This document shows positions 1-10,346 of a DNA stretch of 64,000 bases, in pieces; position 1 is the stretch's first letter, and each line of letters starts with the position of its first letter. A model generated the notes under the pieces. It saw only the letters and a program-made list of their open reading frames with translations. It ran no database searches and was not told the DNA's origin. The DNA is from Alphaproteobacteria bacterium (GTDB lineage Bacteria > Pseudomonadota > Alphaproteobacteria > SHVV01): contig OZ253470.1 in the NCBI GenBank assembly GCA_965261735.1, forward strand, positions 4,224,001 through 4,288,000, in the 5' to 3' direction. A program made the position numbers and the translations under genes.

Positions 1-889
1 CCTTGCCGATCCGCGTACCCCCCGACCAATCTTCGACGGCCGCGACCACCTTCCCGAGCGCGACGTCGACGTCGCGGTGGCGCAGGTGACGGGTGATGTT
101 GGTGAGGCGCGTGCCGAATAGGAAGGTGTGGACGCGGTCACGATCATTGGTGATGGCGTGCACGAAGTGGAGGAAGATCCGCGAGTAGCTGCTCATCGAG
201 CCGGAAATGTCGCACAGGATGACGAGCGGGGGGCGCCGAGCTAGCCGCGCGCGCCGCCGCAGCGAAATGAGGCCGCCGCCGTAGCGCAGGCCCGAGCGCA
301 AGGTCGCGCGCATGTCGATGCGACGGCCCCGCGCATCCGGTGTGAAGCGCCGCGTCGCCACCTCGTGAACAGGCAGGCGAAAGCGTGCTATCAGCCGCTT
401 GGCCTGCCCCATCTCGTCGATCGTCATGGACTCGAAGTCGGTCTTCTGCAGCACCTCCTCGGCCGAATAGGTCAAGGTCGCGTCGAACGCCACCTCCTTG
501 TCCTTTTCGTCGGGCCCACGTGCCTGCTGGCCCTGAGCCAGCGCCTCCGCGAGGCGACGGCTGGGCGGCGGCGTAGCGGGCTCCGGCACGGCCATGGCCA
601 GGTCCGCCGCAAACAACTCGGCCAGCAAGTCGGGCTTGCGCCAAATGATGTGAAAAGCTTGGTCGAACAGCGCCTGGTGGTCGCGCCGGTTCACGAAGAC
701 CGAGTTGAGCGCCCAATAGAAGTCGGCGCGGCTCTCGATACCCGCGGCCTCGACCGCCCGCACCGCCTCCAAGACCCGGCCCGGACCCGCGGGCAGCCCG
801 GCCGCGCGCAGCACCCGCCCGAAATAGAGGATGTTCTCCGCCAACCTGCCTCTGAGCGGCTGCTCGTCGGTGAGGCGCCCGCTTGTCAT
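1..889 (-). CDS. coxE: CoxE-like VWA-domain protein (3' end runs off the window)
   Basis: ATG at 889 overlaps the coxD stop (ATGA); translates MTSGRLTDEQPLRGRLAENILYFGRVLRAAGLPAGPGRVLEAV... and later the VWA MIDAS motif LCDISGSMSSYSR; follows a MoxR ATPase. Confidence 0.88.
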   Translation of the reverse strand, partial: MTSGRLTDEQPLRGRLAENILYFGRVLRAAGLPAGPGRVLEAVRAVEAAGIESRADFYWALNSVFVNRRDHQALFDQAFHIIWRKPDLLAELFAADLAMAVPEPATPPPSRRLAEALAQGQQARGPDEKDKEVAFDATLTYSAEEVLQKTDFESMTIDEMGQAKRLIARFRLPVHEVATRRFTPDARGRRIDMRATLRSGLRYGGGLISLRRRARLARRPPLVILCDISGSMSSYSRIFLHFVHAITNDRDRVHTFLFGTRLTNITRHLRHRDVDVALGKVVAAVEDWSGGTRIGK

Positions 890-1803
890 ACCGCCTCGGC
901 AAGGTCGGCCTTGACGCGGTCGAGGATGTCGCCGACCTCGCTGTCGCGCACCCGAGCAATATCGTCCTGGTATTTGAGCAGGACCCCCAACGTATCGCCG
1001 ACGACCTGGCGGTCGAGCGCCGTGGCGTTGAGCTGCATCAACGCGTCCGCCCACTCGATGGTCTCGGCGATGCCCGGCACCTTGAACAGGTCGACCCTGC
1101 GTAGCTCCTGAACGAAGGCCACGAGCTGTTGCCCGAGTCGCTCGCCGGCGCCCGGCACCTTGAGGGCGAGAATGGCACGCTCGCGCTCGGCGTCGGGGAA
1201 CTCGACCCAGTGGTAGTAGCAGCGCCGCTTGAGCGCGTCGTGAATCTCGCGCGTTCGGTTCGATGTGATAATGACGATCGGCGGCTTGGCGGCGCGCACC
1301 GTACCGATCTCCGGGATCGTGATCTGGAAGTCGCCGAGAATCTCAAGCAGGAACGCCTCGAACGGCTCGTCCGTGCGGTCGAGCTCGTCGATCAGCAGGA
1401 CGGGTGGGCCGACATCGTCCACTTCGAGCGCCCTCAGCAGCGGCCGCTTGATTAGGAAGCGCTCGGAGAACACGTCGTCTCCTAGCCGCTTGCGGTCCTC
1501 GATCCCCTCGGCCTCCGCCATTCGGATCTCGATCATCTGTGCGGCGTAGTTCCACTCGTACACGGCAGAGCCGAGGTCGAGGCCCTCGTAGCACTGCAAT
1601 CGTTCGAGCCGCCGGCCGAGCATCTCGGCCAGCACCCGCGCGATCTCGGTCTTGCCGACGCCGGCCTCGCCCTCGAGAAACAGGGGTCGCCCGAGCTTGA
1701 GGCTCAAGAAAAGCGTGGTGGCCAAACTACGGTCGGCGATGTAGTCGCCCGCCCGTAACAGATCGAGCGTCTCGTCGATCGACTGGGGTAGCGATCGCGG
1801 CAT
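886..1803 (-). CDS. coxD: CoxD/MoxR-family AAA+ ATPase
   Basis: Walker A GEAGVGKT, RLQCYEGLD, Walker B LLIDELDR, TSNRTREIHDALKRRC; likely start MPRSLPQ at 1803. Confidence 0.92.
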   Translation of the reverse strand: MPRSLPQSIDETLDLLRAGDYIADRSLATTLFLSLKLGRPLFLEGEAGVGKTEIARVLAEMLGRRLERLQCYEGLDLGSAVYEWNYAAQMIEIRMAEAEGIEDRKRLGDDVFSERFLIKRPLLRALEVDDVGPPVLLIDELDRTDEPFEAFLLEILGDFQITIPEIGTVRAAKPPIVIITSNRTREIHDALKRRCYYHWVEFPDAERERAILALKVPGAGERLGQQLVAFVQELRRVDLFKVPGIAETIEWADALMQLNATALDRQVVGDTLGVLLKYQDDIARVRDSEVGDILDRVKADLAEAV

Positions 1804-1890
1804 GGGTGTCAAACTAGGGAAAGGCGGCGTAAAGGACAAGGGACGGCGGCGCGCCGCCGGCCACCGGGCGCGCGCTGGTCGGGCCGGGCG

Positions 1891-2685
1891 CTAACCGCAG
1901 GCGATGACGGCCCGCTTGGCGAGAACGCCTACGAGGTGCGCCCGGTACTCGGCCGAGCCGTGGATGTCGGAGTTGAGCTCGTCGGGCGAGATCGCGATGC
2001 CCTCGATGGCCGAAGGCGCGAAGTCCTTGGCCAGCGCGGCCTCGATCTCGCCGACCCGGAATGCGGTAGCGCCTGCCCCCGCGACCGCGCAGCGTACGCT
2101 GGCGCCCGTCTTGGCGACGAACACCCCGACAATAGCGAAGCGGGAAGCGGGGTTGGGGAACTTGATGTAGGCGGCCTTATCCGGCACCGGGAAGTCGACC
2201 CTGGTGACGAGCTCGCCCTCTTCGAGGGCGGTCTCGAACAGCCCGGTGAAGAAGTCGTCGGCCGCGATCTCGCGCTTGGTGGTGTACACGGTCGCATTCA
2301 GGCCGAGCACGGCGGCGGGGTAGTCGGCGGCCGGATCGTTGTTGCAAATGGAGCCGCCGAGCGTACCGCAGTGGCGCACTTGGGGATCGCCGATGCTGCC
2401 TGCGAGCTGAGCCAGCGCGGGGACCGCCTTTTGCACCTCGGGCGAGTCGGCGACCGCCTCGTGGATCGTCATGGCCCCGATGGTTACGACCTTGCCGGCC
2501 ACCGAAATACCCCTGAGTTCGTCGACGGCGCCGAGATCGACGAGGTCCGACACGCGCGCGAGTCGCATCTTGAGCGGCGGGACGAGCGACATGCCACCGG
2601 CGAGCGCCTTGCCATCCGCTGCCTTGGCCAGGGCCGCCTCGGCCTCTTTCAGGGTGCCCGGGCGGCTGTAGTCGAATTCATACAT
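1891..2685 (-). CDS. coxM: Molybdenum hydroxylase FAD-binding medium subunit (CoxM/CutM-like)
   Basis: LAGGMSL, IGDPQVRHCGTLGGS, NNDPAADYP, KFPNPASRFA motifs. Confidence 0.92.
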   Translation of the reverse strand: MYEFDYSRPGTLKEAEAALAKAADGKALAGGMSLVPPLKMRLARVSDLVDLGAVDELRGISVAGKVVTIGAMTIHEAVADSPEVQKAVPALAQLAGSIGDPQVRHCGTLGGSICNNDPAADYPAAVLGLNATVYTTKREIAADDFFTGLFETALEEGELVTRVDFPVPDKAAYIKFPNPASRFAIVGVFVAKTGASVRCAVAGAGATAFRVGEIEAALAKDFAPSAIEGIAISPDELNSDIHGSAEYRAHLVGVLAKRAVIACG

Positions 2686-2700
2686 GGCGCGATGCCTCCC

Positions 2701-3180
2701 TTAACCCGCGCCGGCCATCGCCTTGGCGCCCGCGTCGATCGCCTTGACGATATTGTGATAGCCGGTGCAGCGGCACATGTTGCCGTCGAGATTGGTGCGA
2801 ATGGTGGTCTCGTCGGGGCTCGGGATACGGCGCACCAGATCGAGCGCAGCCATGACCATGCCGGGCGTGCAGAAGCCGCACTGCAACCCGTGATGCTCGC
2901 GGAACGCCTCCTGCATCGGGTGGAGCACGCCATCCTTGGCGACGCCCTCGATGGTCAACACGTCCTGTCCATCGACCTGGGCCGCGAACAGCGAGCACGA
3001 TTTCACGGAAACGCCGTTGAGGTGGACGGTACAGGCGCCGCACTGGGTCGTGTCGCAACCGACATGGGTGCCCGTTAGGCGAAGATTCTCGCGCAGAAAC
3101 TGAACCAGCAACGTGCGGGATTCGACCTCGCCCGAGACTTCCTTACCGTTCACCCTAAAGGATATGGAATGGATTGCCAT
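2701..3180 (-). CDS. coxS: Molybdenum hydroxylase 2x[2Fe-2S] small subunit (CoxS/CutS-like)
   Basis: [20 protein letters not shown] and CRCTGY cysteine motifs. Confidence 0.93.
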   Translation of the reverse strand: MAIHSISFRVNGKEVSGEVESRTLLVQFLRENLRLTGTHVGCDTTQCGACTVHLNGVSVKSCSLFAAQVDGQDVLTIEGVAKDGVLHPMQEAFREHHGLQCGFCTPGMVMAALDLVRRIPSPDETTIRTNLDGNMCRCTGYHNIVKAIDAGAKAMAGAG

Positions 3181-3272
3181 ACCCGTCCTCCCTGTTTATT
3201 GCCGCCCCGCACGGCGCGGCAAAGTTCGCCTCATGACGAGCGCCTGTCAAGCAATGCGCGCGGCGCCCGCCC

Positions 3273-5630
3273 TCAGGCCGCCGTTTTTAGAGCCTGCCAT
3301 ACTCGGTCCGCCGTCGCCGGCATGTCGACGTGCGCGACGCCGAGAGCGTCGGTCAAGGCGTTGATGACCGCCGCCGGCGCCGCGATCGCTCCGGCCTCGC
3401 CGCATCCCTTGACCCCCAGCGGGTTGTGCGGGCACAGCGTTTCGGTGAAGCCGAGATTGAAGCTCGTAAGATCGTCCGCGCGCGGTATCGTGTAGTCCAT
3501 AAACGAGCCGGTGAGCAGCTGGCCCGACTCGGGGTCGTGAACGCAGCCCTCGAGCAGCGCCTGGCCTACGCCGTGGGCGACGCCGCCGTGGACCTGTCCC
3601 TCGACGATCATCGGGTTGATGAGCTTGCCGAAGTCGTCGACCGCCGTGTAGTTGACGATCTTGACGCTGCCCGTCTCGGGGTCGACCTCGACCTCGCAGA
3701 TATGGCAGCCGGCTGGGAAGGTGAAATTCGGCGGGTCGTAGAACGCGGTCTCGTCGAGGCCGGGCTCGAGCTCCCCAAGCGGGTAGCTGTGGGGCACGTA
3801 TGCGGCGAAGGCGACTTCGCCTATTCCCATGGTCTTGTCGGTGCCCGTGACGGAGTAGGTGCCGTCGCTGAACTCGATGTCCGCCTCGGCTGCTTCAAGT
3901 GCGTGGGCTGCGATCTTCCGTCCCTTGGCAACGATCTTGTCGGCGGCTTTGGCGATCGCGGAACCACCAACGCCGGCAGATCGCGAGCCGTAGGTTCCCA
4001 TCCCGAAGGGCCCCACCGCCGTATCACCGTGCACGACTTCGACGTTTTCGATCGCGACGCCGAGCCTATCCGCCACGATTTGCGCCAGGGTCGTCTCGTG
4101 ACTCTGCCCCTGGGCCTGCGCCCCCGTGAGTACAGTAACGTTCCCGGTGGGATTGAAGCGGATTTGTGCGGCCTCCCATAACCCAAGGCCGAAGCCGATT
4201 TCGCCGGCGACGTTGGACGGGGCCAGGCCGCAGGCTTCGATGTAACTCGAGAACCCAATCCCACGCAGCTTGCCGCGTCCCTTGGCCGCCTCGCGGCGAC
4301 CTGCAAAACCCGCGTAGTCCGCCATGGCCACGGCCTTGTCGAGGATCGGCTCGTAGTTGCCGCTGTCGTACGTGACCACCACGGGCGTTTGGTAAGGGAA
4401 CGCGTCCGGCGGCACGAAGTTACGGCGGCGAATCTCGGCGGCATCGATGCCCATCTCGCGCGCCGCCTTCTCCACCAGTCGCTCGACGACATACGTGGCT
4501 TCGGGCCGGCCGGCGCCGCGTAGAAGATCCACCGGGGAGGTGTGGGTGAAGACCGCCTTTACGTTGACGTGGATGGCTGGCGTTCGATATTGGCCGGCGA
4601 AAAGCAAGCCATGGAGCCAAGTCGGGATACCCGTGGCGGTGGTCGTCAGGTAGGCGCCCATATTGGCGATGGTGTTGGCGCGTATCCCGAGGAAGATGCC
4701 GCCCTGGTCGAGCGCCAGCTCGGCTTCGGTGACATGGTCACGACCGTGAACATCCGCGACGAAGGCCTCGGAGCGATCCGCGGTCCACTTGACTGGGCGG
4801 CCCACCTTCTTAGCCGCCCACGTACACACGATCTCCTCGGCGTAGACCGGCAGCTTCGATCCGAAGCCGCCGCCGATGTCGGGGGCTACCACCCTTAGCT
4901 TGTGCTCGGGCGCGACATTGTTGAACGCGGACATGATCACCCGTGCGACGTGCGGATTCTGGCTTGTCACATAAAGCGTGAATCTGTCGCTGCCAGGATC
5001 GTAGTCGCCGACCGCGGCACGTGGCTCCACCGCGTTCGGTACCATCCGGTTGTTAACGAGTTCCAGCTTGGTGACGTGGTGGGCGCTGGCGAACGCCTCG
5101 TCGGTCGCGTTCTTGTCGCCGACTTCCCAATCGAAACACAGGTTGCCGGGCGCCTCCGCGTGGATTTGCGGCGCGCCCGACTCGAGCGCTTTGTCCGTGG
5201 GCACGCAGGCCGGCAGCACTTCATAGTCGACAACGACTTGTTCGGCCGCGTCGCGTGCCTGCGCAAGCGTGTCGGCGATGACCACGGCGACCCGATCACC
5301 AACAAATCGGACCGTATCCTTAGCTAAGGCCGGATAGGGCGGCGTCTTGGCCTTCTCGCCATCTTTGCTGGTGACCACCCAGCCGCAGATCGGGCCGACG
5401 ATGCCGTCGGCGTCGAGGTCGGCGCCGGTGAAAACACCGACGACGCCCGGTGCCTTCCTCGCCGCCGCAACGTCGAGGCGCGTGATCCTGGCGTGCGCGT
5501 GTGGCGAGCGCAGGAAGACGGCGTAGGCTTGCCCGGGGCGGTCGATGTCATCGGTGTAGGTGCCGCGGCCGGTGAGGAAGCGGTAGTCCTCCTTACGCCT
5601 GACGCTCGCGCCGATCCCGTCTTCAGCCAT
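3273..5630 (-). CDS. Xanthine dehydrogenase-family molybdopterin large subunit (form II CoxL-like, divergent active-site loop)
   Basis: [41 protein letters not shown]; the loop reads [10 protein letters not shown] rather than form I AYxCSFR or form II AYxGAGR. Confidence 0.9.
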   Translation of the reverse strand: MAEDGIGASVRRKEDYRFLTGRGTYTDDIDRPGQAYAVFLRSPHAHARITRLDVAAARKAPGVVGVFTGADLDADGIVGPICGWVVTSKDGEKAKTPPYPALAKDTVRFVGDRVAVVIADTLAQARDAAEQVVVDYEVLPACVPTDKALESGAPQIHAEAPGNLCFDWEVGDKNATDEAFASAHHVTKLELVNNRMVPNAVEPRAAVGDYDPGSDRFTLYVTSQNPHVARVIMSAFNNVAPEHKLRVVAPDIGGGFGSKLPVYAEEIVCTWAAKKVGRPVKWTADRSEAFVADVHGRDHVTEAELALDQGGIFLGIRANTIANMGAYLTTTATGIPTWLHGLLFAGQYRTPAIHVNVKAVFTHTSPVDLLRGAGRPEATYVVERLVEKAAREMGIDAAEIRRRNFVPPDAFPYQTPVVVTYDSGNYEPILDKAVAMADYAGFAGRREAAKGRGKLRGIGFSSYIEACGLAPSNVAGEIGFGLGLWEAAQIRFNPTGNVTVLTGAQAQGQSHETTLAQIVADRLGVAIENVEVVHGDTAVGPFGMGTYGSRSAGVGGSAIAKAADKIVAKGRKIAAHALEAAEADIEFSDGTYSVTGTDKTMGIGEVAFAAYVPHSYPLGELEPGLDETAFYDPPNFTFPAGCHICEVEVDPETGSVKIVNYTAVDDFGKLINPMIVEGQVHGGVAHGVGQALLEGCVHDPESGQLLTGSFMDYTIPRADDLTSFNLGFTETLCPHNPLGVKGCGEAGAIAAPAAVINALTDALGVAHVDMPATADRVWQALKTAA

Positions 5631-5761
5631 ATCGCTGCTCCTCCCGACGCGCTGCCTCGCGCGTTCGCGGCGGGTCTTTACTTCTTAGTTGTTTGTACCG
5701 ATTGCCCACCGCCACCAGTGTCGGACCGGGTAGCGCCGGGCGTCAAGCGAGAACGTACGTC

Positions 5762-6340
5762 CTAGCCCCCGCGGGAGACGTAGTAGAGCAGCGCGACCAT
5801 GACCAGGAACAGGAGGGAGGGCCACAAGACGTACCCGAACGTGCCCTTTTCGGGAGGCGCCGGCGTGGGAACGGCCGCAGGTAGCGCGGCTGCCGCCGGA
5901 GCGGGGAAATGGCCGCTGAACTGGGCGAAAAAGGCTTTGGCCTGCTGTTGCGCGACGCTGTCGATGAGGCGGGAGCCGATCTGCGCCAGCTTCCCGCCCA
6001 CGGAGGCGCTCACCTTGTAGCCGAGCATCGTTTCCTGGCCGTCCTCGGTCAGGGTGACATCGACGCTGCCCTTGGCGAAGCCGACCCCGCCCGCGCCCTG
6101 ACCCTCGCCTGAGATCGTGTAGGCGTTGGGCGGGTCGAGATTGGACAACGTGACCTTGCCTTGGAACTTGGCCCGGAGTGGCCCAACCTTGGCGTTGACG
6201 GTGGCGGTGAACTCGGTATCGGAAAGTCGCTCGATCTTTTCACAGCCCGTGATCGACGCGCGTAGGACCTCGGGGTCGTTGAGGGCCTCCCACACCTGTC
6301 GCTTGGGGGCCGCGATCCGGTACTCGCCCGTCAGGTTCAT
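5762..6340 (-). CDS. coxG: CoxG (SRPBCC) accessory protein with C-terminal TM helix
   Basis: VWEALNDPEVLRASITGCE...GGKLAQIGSRLID, Pro/Ala linker, hydrophobic tail. Confidence 0.9.
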   Translation of the reverse strand: MNLTGEYRIAAPKRQVWEALNDPEVLRASITGCEKIERLSDTEFTATVNAKVGPLRAKFQGKVTLSNLDPPNAYTISGEGQGAGGVGFAKGSVDVTLTEDGQETMLGYKVSASVGGKLAQIGSRLIDSVAQQQAKAFFAQFSGHFPAPAAAALPAAVPTPAPPEKGTFGYVLWPSLLFLVMVALLYYVSRGG

Positions 6341-6487
6341 TTCTTGCCACCCCGCATTCGGCGCGTTGGGCGGAACCTAGTTCAGTCGGCGGGCCGGGTG
6401 CAAGGTTGAGGTGGCGCGAGGCGTCCGCGGTTTATAGAATCTTTACCTCGTTTACCGGAAAATTATCGCTCTCGGGAGGGAGGAGAC

Positions 6488-6712
6488 GTGACACCCGCCG
6501 TTCGCTCAACGCTCGATGTAGTCTTGTGGTTCCTCGACCGCGCCGCGTCGGCGGGCAGCCATCTGTCGGCGCGCCGGCTGCAATGCCTGCTGTTCATGGC
6601 TCAAGCGCGCTACGCGCGAGCCAACGACGGCCGCAAACTAATGCCGGCGACGTTCCTCGCCGCCGAGGCCGGGCCCATCGAACCCACGATTTACCACATC
6701 ATGGGGCACGGC
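6488..6712 (+). pseudogene. DUF4065/Panacea (SocA/GepA-like) domain protein, 3'-truncated and fused to an IS1595 remnant
   Basis: LDVVLWFLDRA...RRLQCLLFMAQARY...MPATFLAAEAGPIEPTIY pattern; from ~6713 the sequence matches IS1595-A. Confidence 0.65.
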
Positions 6713-6874
6713 GGCGGCGCAGGCCGCATCATCGGGGAAAAGTCGCTGGAACTCGGGTAGCGAATGCGGGAATGGGAGATCGGCGCGGTCGAGAACATCC
6801 ATGGCGCGCTCCCCTATATCCGGGTTGCGCCCATTCTAGCCCTAGCGGGTGTGGGTGTAAACCGGATAGGCAAG
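6713..6874 (-). mobile_element. IS1595-A left-end remnant (~160 bp)
   Basis: Matches the left end of the intact copy at 19781-20885 (1 SNP), including terminal IR CCGGATAGGCAAG. Confidence 0.92.
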
Positions 6875-6914
6875 AACATACATCCTCACAGGCGGAGTGT
6901 CACGGATAAGCAGG
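6875..6914 (-). mobile_element. IS1595-B left terminal 40 bp, at the 3' end of the last mrpD-like gene
   Basis: Reverse complement CCTGCTTATCCGTGACACTCCGCCTGTGAGGATGTATGTT matches 46833-46872 (1 SNP). Confidence 0.9.
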
Positions 6915-8624
6915 AAAGAAATAGAGAAGAAGAGTCGCGATTAGCGCGACCGCGACCCACAACACCGCCGCTCCCGTGGACCAGGTTCTTGCGAGGACCC
7001 CTTGGGGGCCGGCAAGCCGAACCAATTCCTCGATCCATGCCTGCGCCTGTTGGCGGGCCAGAGCGCGAACGTCGCGGTCGAGGGCGGTGATGGCGCCGCC
7101 TAGGCGCCCGAACGCGCGCGGTGCGAGCCAGCGATAGACCCATTCAGCGTCGAGGTTTGTGGATCGCAACTCGGGTGGATAGACGCCGGAGAGCATCAGC
7201 CAGGCAAACGCGAGGGCCGAGAAGAACAGAAGTTGAAGCTGGGTGAGGACGTGGCCGGCCGTGTAGGGAACATAGTCGACGGAGTAGGGGAGGAAGTCGT
7301 AGAGAACCCACGGGTACGAGCCGTTGAACACGCACAGGGCCGCCGCGATGCCCATGGCCAGCAGCATGTTCCACGGCGGCTCCTTGGTGCGAATCCCTGA
7401 ATCGTGGGCGAAGAACGCGAAGTAGGGAATCTTGATGCCGGCGTGGTGGAACACGCCCGCCGATGCGAACAGCAGCACCAGCCAGATCCACACGTGGCCC
7501 CCCTCGAGCGCGGCCGTCATTACCATCGACTTGGAGACGAAGCCGCTGAACAGCGGGAACGCCGAAATCGAGGCCGCGCCCACGAGGCACAGGCTGGCGG
7601 TCAGCGGCATGGTCTTGTAGAGGCCGCCGAGGTCGGTGCCGTTGATCCGGCCGGTCATGTGCAGCACCGCCCCCATCGACATGAATAGGAGCGCCTTGAA
7701 GATCACGTCGTTGAACGCGTGCGACACCGCGCCGTTGAGCGCCAGCGCCGTGCCGAGCCCGATGCCGACCACCATGAATCCGATCTGGTTGATCATGCTG
7801 TAAGCGAGCACGCGACGCAGGTCGTTCTCGATGACCGCGTAGAAGATGGGGAACAGCGTCATCAACGCGCCGACATAGATAAGGAGCTCGGTTCCCGGAA
7901 AGCCGCGCGCCAGCGCGTACACCGCGACCTTGGTGGTGAAGGCACTGAGAAAAACGGTGCCGGTCGGCGTCGCCGCCGGATAGGCGTCGGTGAGCCAGTT
8001 ATGGAGGAGGGGAAACGCGCACTTGATGCCGAAGGCGACAAGGATGAGCCAGCTCGCGGGCCCGTCGAGCCCGATAAACTCGAACGCGAGCGAGCCGGTC
8101 GCTCGGTAGTGGAGTGCGGCGCCGGCCAGCAGCAGCACGCCAGAAAGAACCTGGATGACGAGGTAGCGCATGCTGATGGCGGGCGAGGCCGGTGCGCGCC
8201 GGGCCCACACGAGATAGGCCGAGCTCAGCGCCAACGCCTCCCAGAACAGGAACAGCGTAATCAGGTCGCCGGCGAAGACGGCGCCGAGCGCGCTGCCCGC
8301 ATAGACGAGCCCGGCAACGTGCTGGCCCCGCTCTTTTACGTGGAGCGAGAACAGGATCGCTATGAACGCGGCGAGGTGGAAGAGGTAGCCGAACAACCGG
8401 CTCAGTGGGTCGACTCGGAGCAGCACATGGCCGTCGTTGACGAAGCGGGTAGTCGCGTGGATGCCGGGCTCCAGCGTCGCCACGTTGGCCGCGCCGAGCA
8501 GCACCGTGAGCAGAAGGGCCGCGCCGCGCGCCCGCCCCGGTAGCGCGAGGACCGCCAGCGCTCCGGCGAAAAAGATGAACGCCGGTGGCATGTTCCATGG
8601 CAGCCCGGCGATATCAATCGCCAT
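6900..8624 (-). CDS. Mrp Na+/H+ antiporter subunit D-like (third proton-antiporter module); last codons and stop supplied by IS1595-B
   Basis: GIKCAFPLLHNWLTDAYP, AFTTKVAVY, RRVLAYSMINQIGFM; the terminal PAYP* is encoded by the IS end. Confidence 0.88.
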   Translation of the reverse strand: MAIDIAGLPWNMPPAFIFFAGALAVLALPGRARGAALLLTVLLGAANVATLEPGIHATTRFVNDGHVLLRVDPLSRLFGYLFHLAAFIAILFSLHVKERGQHVAGLVYAGSALGAVFAGDLITLFLFWEALALSSAYLVWARRAPASPAISMRYLVIQVLSGVLLLAGAALHYRATGSLAFEFIGLDGPASWLILVAFGIKCAFPLLHNWLTDAYPAATPTGTVFLSAFTTKVAVYALARGFPGTELLIYVGALMTLFPIFYAVIENDLRRVLAYSMINQIGFMVVGIGLGTALALNGAVSHAFNDVIFKALLFMSMGAVLHMTGRINGTDLGGLYKTMPLTASLCLVGAASISAFPLFSGFVSKSMVMTAALEGGHVWIWLVLLFASAGVFHHAGIKIPYFAFFAHDSGIRTKEPPWNMLLAMGIAAALCVFNGSYPWVLYDFLPYSVDYVPYTAGHVLTQLQLLFFSALAFAWLMLSGVYPPELRSTNLDAEWVYRWLAPRAFGRLGGAITALDRDVRALARQQAQAWIEELVRLAGPQGVLARTWSTGAAVLWVAVALIATLLLYFFPAYP

Positions 8625-8856
8625 AGTGATCCTCGCGCCGCACCACCATCCGACGCAGTCCCTTGGCGAGTAGGACCAGAGTGACGCAGGCGACGAAGCC
8701 ATACAGGGCGTAAAAGCCCCAAAAGGCCTCCACCGGGTGCTCCGCGTGCCGATCGAAGGCGAAGTCGGCGAGCAGGAGGATCGCGCACAGCGCGTGAAGG
8801 GCGTACAGCAGGCGGCGTACGTTGGCCGGATTGTCGAAGAGATGCTTCTTGTCCAC
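8614..8856 (-). CDS. Small 2-TM membrane protein of the Mrp operon
   Basis: GTG start, (M)DKKHLFDNPANVRRLL...FYALYGFVACVTLVLLAKGLRRMVVRREDHYGD; overlaps the downstream mrpD-like gene. Confidence 0.75.
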   Translation of the reverse strand: MDKKHLFDNPANVRRLLYALHALCAILLLADFAFDRHAEHPVEAFWGFYALYGFVACVTLVLLAKGLRRMVVRREDHYGD

Positions 8857-8861
8857 CGCGC

Positions 8862-10346
8862 CTACTCGGCCACCGGAGCGAGCCCCGACAACAGCTCGAG
8901 GATCGGGCCGGGCCAGAGGAAGAGTGCGACGCAGCCGAGCGCCGTGAGCGACAACGGCACGACGCACATCGCCGGGGCTCCGCGGATGGCTACGCGCGCG
9001 GAACCTTCCGACACACGGTCGGCACCGAGGAAAGCGCGCACCACCATGGGCAGCAGGTAGCCCGCACTCAGCAAGGAGCCGAGCATCAGGACGCCGAGCA
9101 TGGCGTACTCGCCGGCATCCACCGTGCCCAGGGCAAGCTGCCATTTGCTCCACAGGCCGCCCAAAGGCGGCATGCCGATGATACTGAGGCTGGCCAGGGC
9201 GAAGGCCGTCATCGTGATCGGCATCCTCCGGCCGATGCCGCGCATTTCGCTCACCTCCGACTTTTGTGCGGCCAACATGATGGCGCCCGCGCAAAAGAAC
9301 AGGGTGATCTTGGCGAACGCATGGGTCGCGATGTGCAGCGCGGCGCCGCGCGTCCCCCAGCCGCTCGCGAGCATGGCGCCAAGCACGATGTAGGCGAGCT
9401 GGCTCACCGTCGAGTAGGCGAGGCGGAGCTTGAGGTTGTCCTGACGCAGCGCCACCAGTGCGGCGATCACCAGGGTTGCCGCGGCCACGTACATCATGAT
9501 GTCGGCGGCGGTGAGCCCGGCCAGCGTCTGCCAGCCGAAAATATAGAGGGACACTTTGAGGACCGCGAACACGCCGGCCTTAACCACGGCGACGGCGTGG
9601 AGCAGGGCGCTCACCGGCGTCGGCGCCACCATGGCGGCCGGCAACCAGCGATGGAATGGCATCAGCGCGGCTTTGCCGATGCCGAACACGTAGAGCACCA
9701 GAAGGAGGCCGACCGCGCCGCTTGCGGTATCGGCGGAGAAGATGCCGCCGCGGCTGAAGTCGAGAGTCCCTGCGAGCACCCACGTCCAGCCGACGGCGAG
9801 CAACAGGAAAGCGATCGAGGTACCGAGAAGGAGACCGAGATAGAGCCGCCCGGCGCGTCGTGCTTCGTCGGTGCCGGAGTGCGTGACCAGCGGGTAGGTC
9901 GAGAGCGTCAGCGCCTCGTAGAACAGGAACAGCGTCAACATATTGCCGGCGAAGGCCACGCCCATCGTGCTCGCCAGCGCGACCGCGAAATAGCTGTAAA
10001 ACCGAGTCTGGTTCGCCTCGCCATGGGCCCGCATGTAGCCGAAGGCGTAGACCGAGGTGAGTATCCACAGGAAACTCGCGACGAGCGCGAACAGCATACC
10101 GAGCGGCTCGACCTCGAAAGCGAAGGAGATCCCGGGGACGAGGTCGAACAGTTTCAGCGCGGGCCGGGTGCCCGCGGCGACCATCGGGTACAACGAGGCG
10201 ACGAGCGCAAACAGGGCCGCCGACGTCACCAGCGTCACCGCTTCGCGCACGTTGGGCCAGCGGCCGGTTAACGCGATAAGGCCTGCGCCCACCAGCGGTA
10301 CCAGGATCGCCAGCGCAATCGCGAAGCCGGGATCGAACGGTCTCAC
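8862..10346 (-). CDS. Mrp antiporter subunit D/A-like
   Basis: GKAALMPFHRWLPAAMVAPTPVSALLHAVAVVKAG, LRLAYSTVSQL. Confidence 0.9.
   Translation of the reverse strand: MRPFDPGFAIALAILVPLVGAGLIALTGRWPNVREAVTLVTSAALFALVASLYPMVAAGTRPALKLFDLVPGISFAFEVEPLGMLFALVASFLWILTSVYAFGYMRAHGEANQTRFYSYFAVALASTMGVAFAGNMLTLFLFYEALTLSTYPLVTHSGTDEARRAGRLYLGLLLGTSIAFLLLAVGWTWVLAGTLDFSRGGIFSADTASGAVGLLLVLYVFGIGKAALMPFHRWLPAAMVAPTPVSALLHAVAVVKAGVFAVLKVSLYIFGWQTLAGLTAADIMMYVAAATLVIAALVALRQDNLKLRLAYSTVSQLAYIVLGAMLASGWGTRGAALHIATHAFAKITLFFCAGAIMLAAQKSEVSEMRGIGRRMPITMTAFALASLSIIGMPPLGGLWSKWQLALGTVDAGEYAMLGVLMLGSLLSAGYLLPMVVRAFLGADRVSEGSARVAIRGAPAMCVVPLSLTALGCVALFLWPGPILELLSGLAPVAE

Noticed and set aside
3273-5630. Aerobic CO dehydrogenase (form I)
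   Set aside because: Lacks the AYxCSFR Cu-binding motif
6488-6760. Panacea-type toxin-antitoxin system
   Set aside because: The gene is truncated and no toxin partner is present
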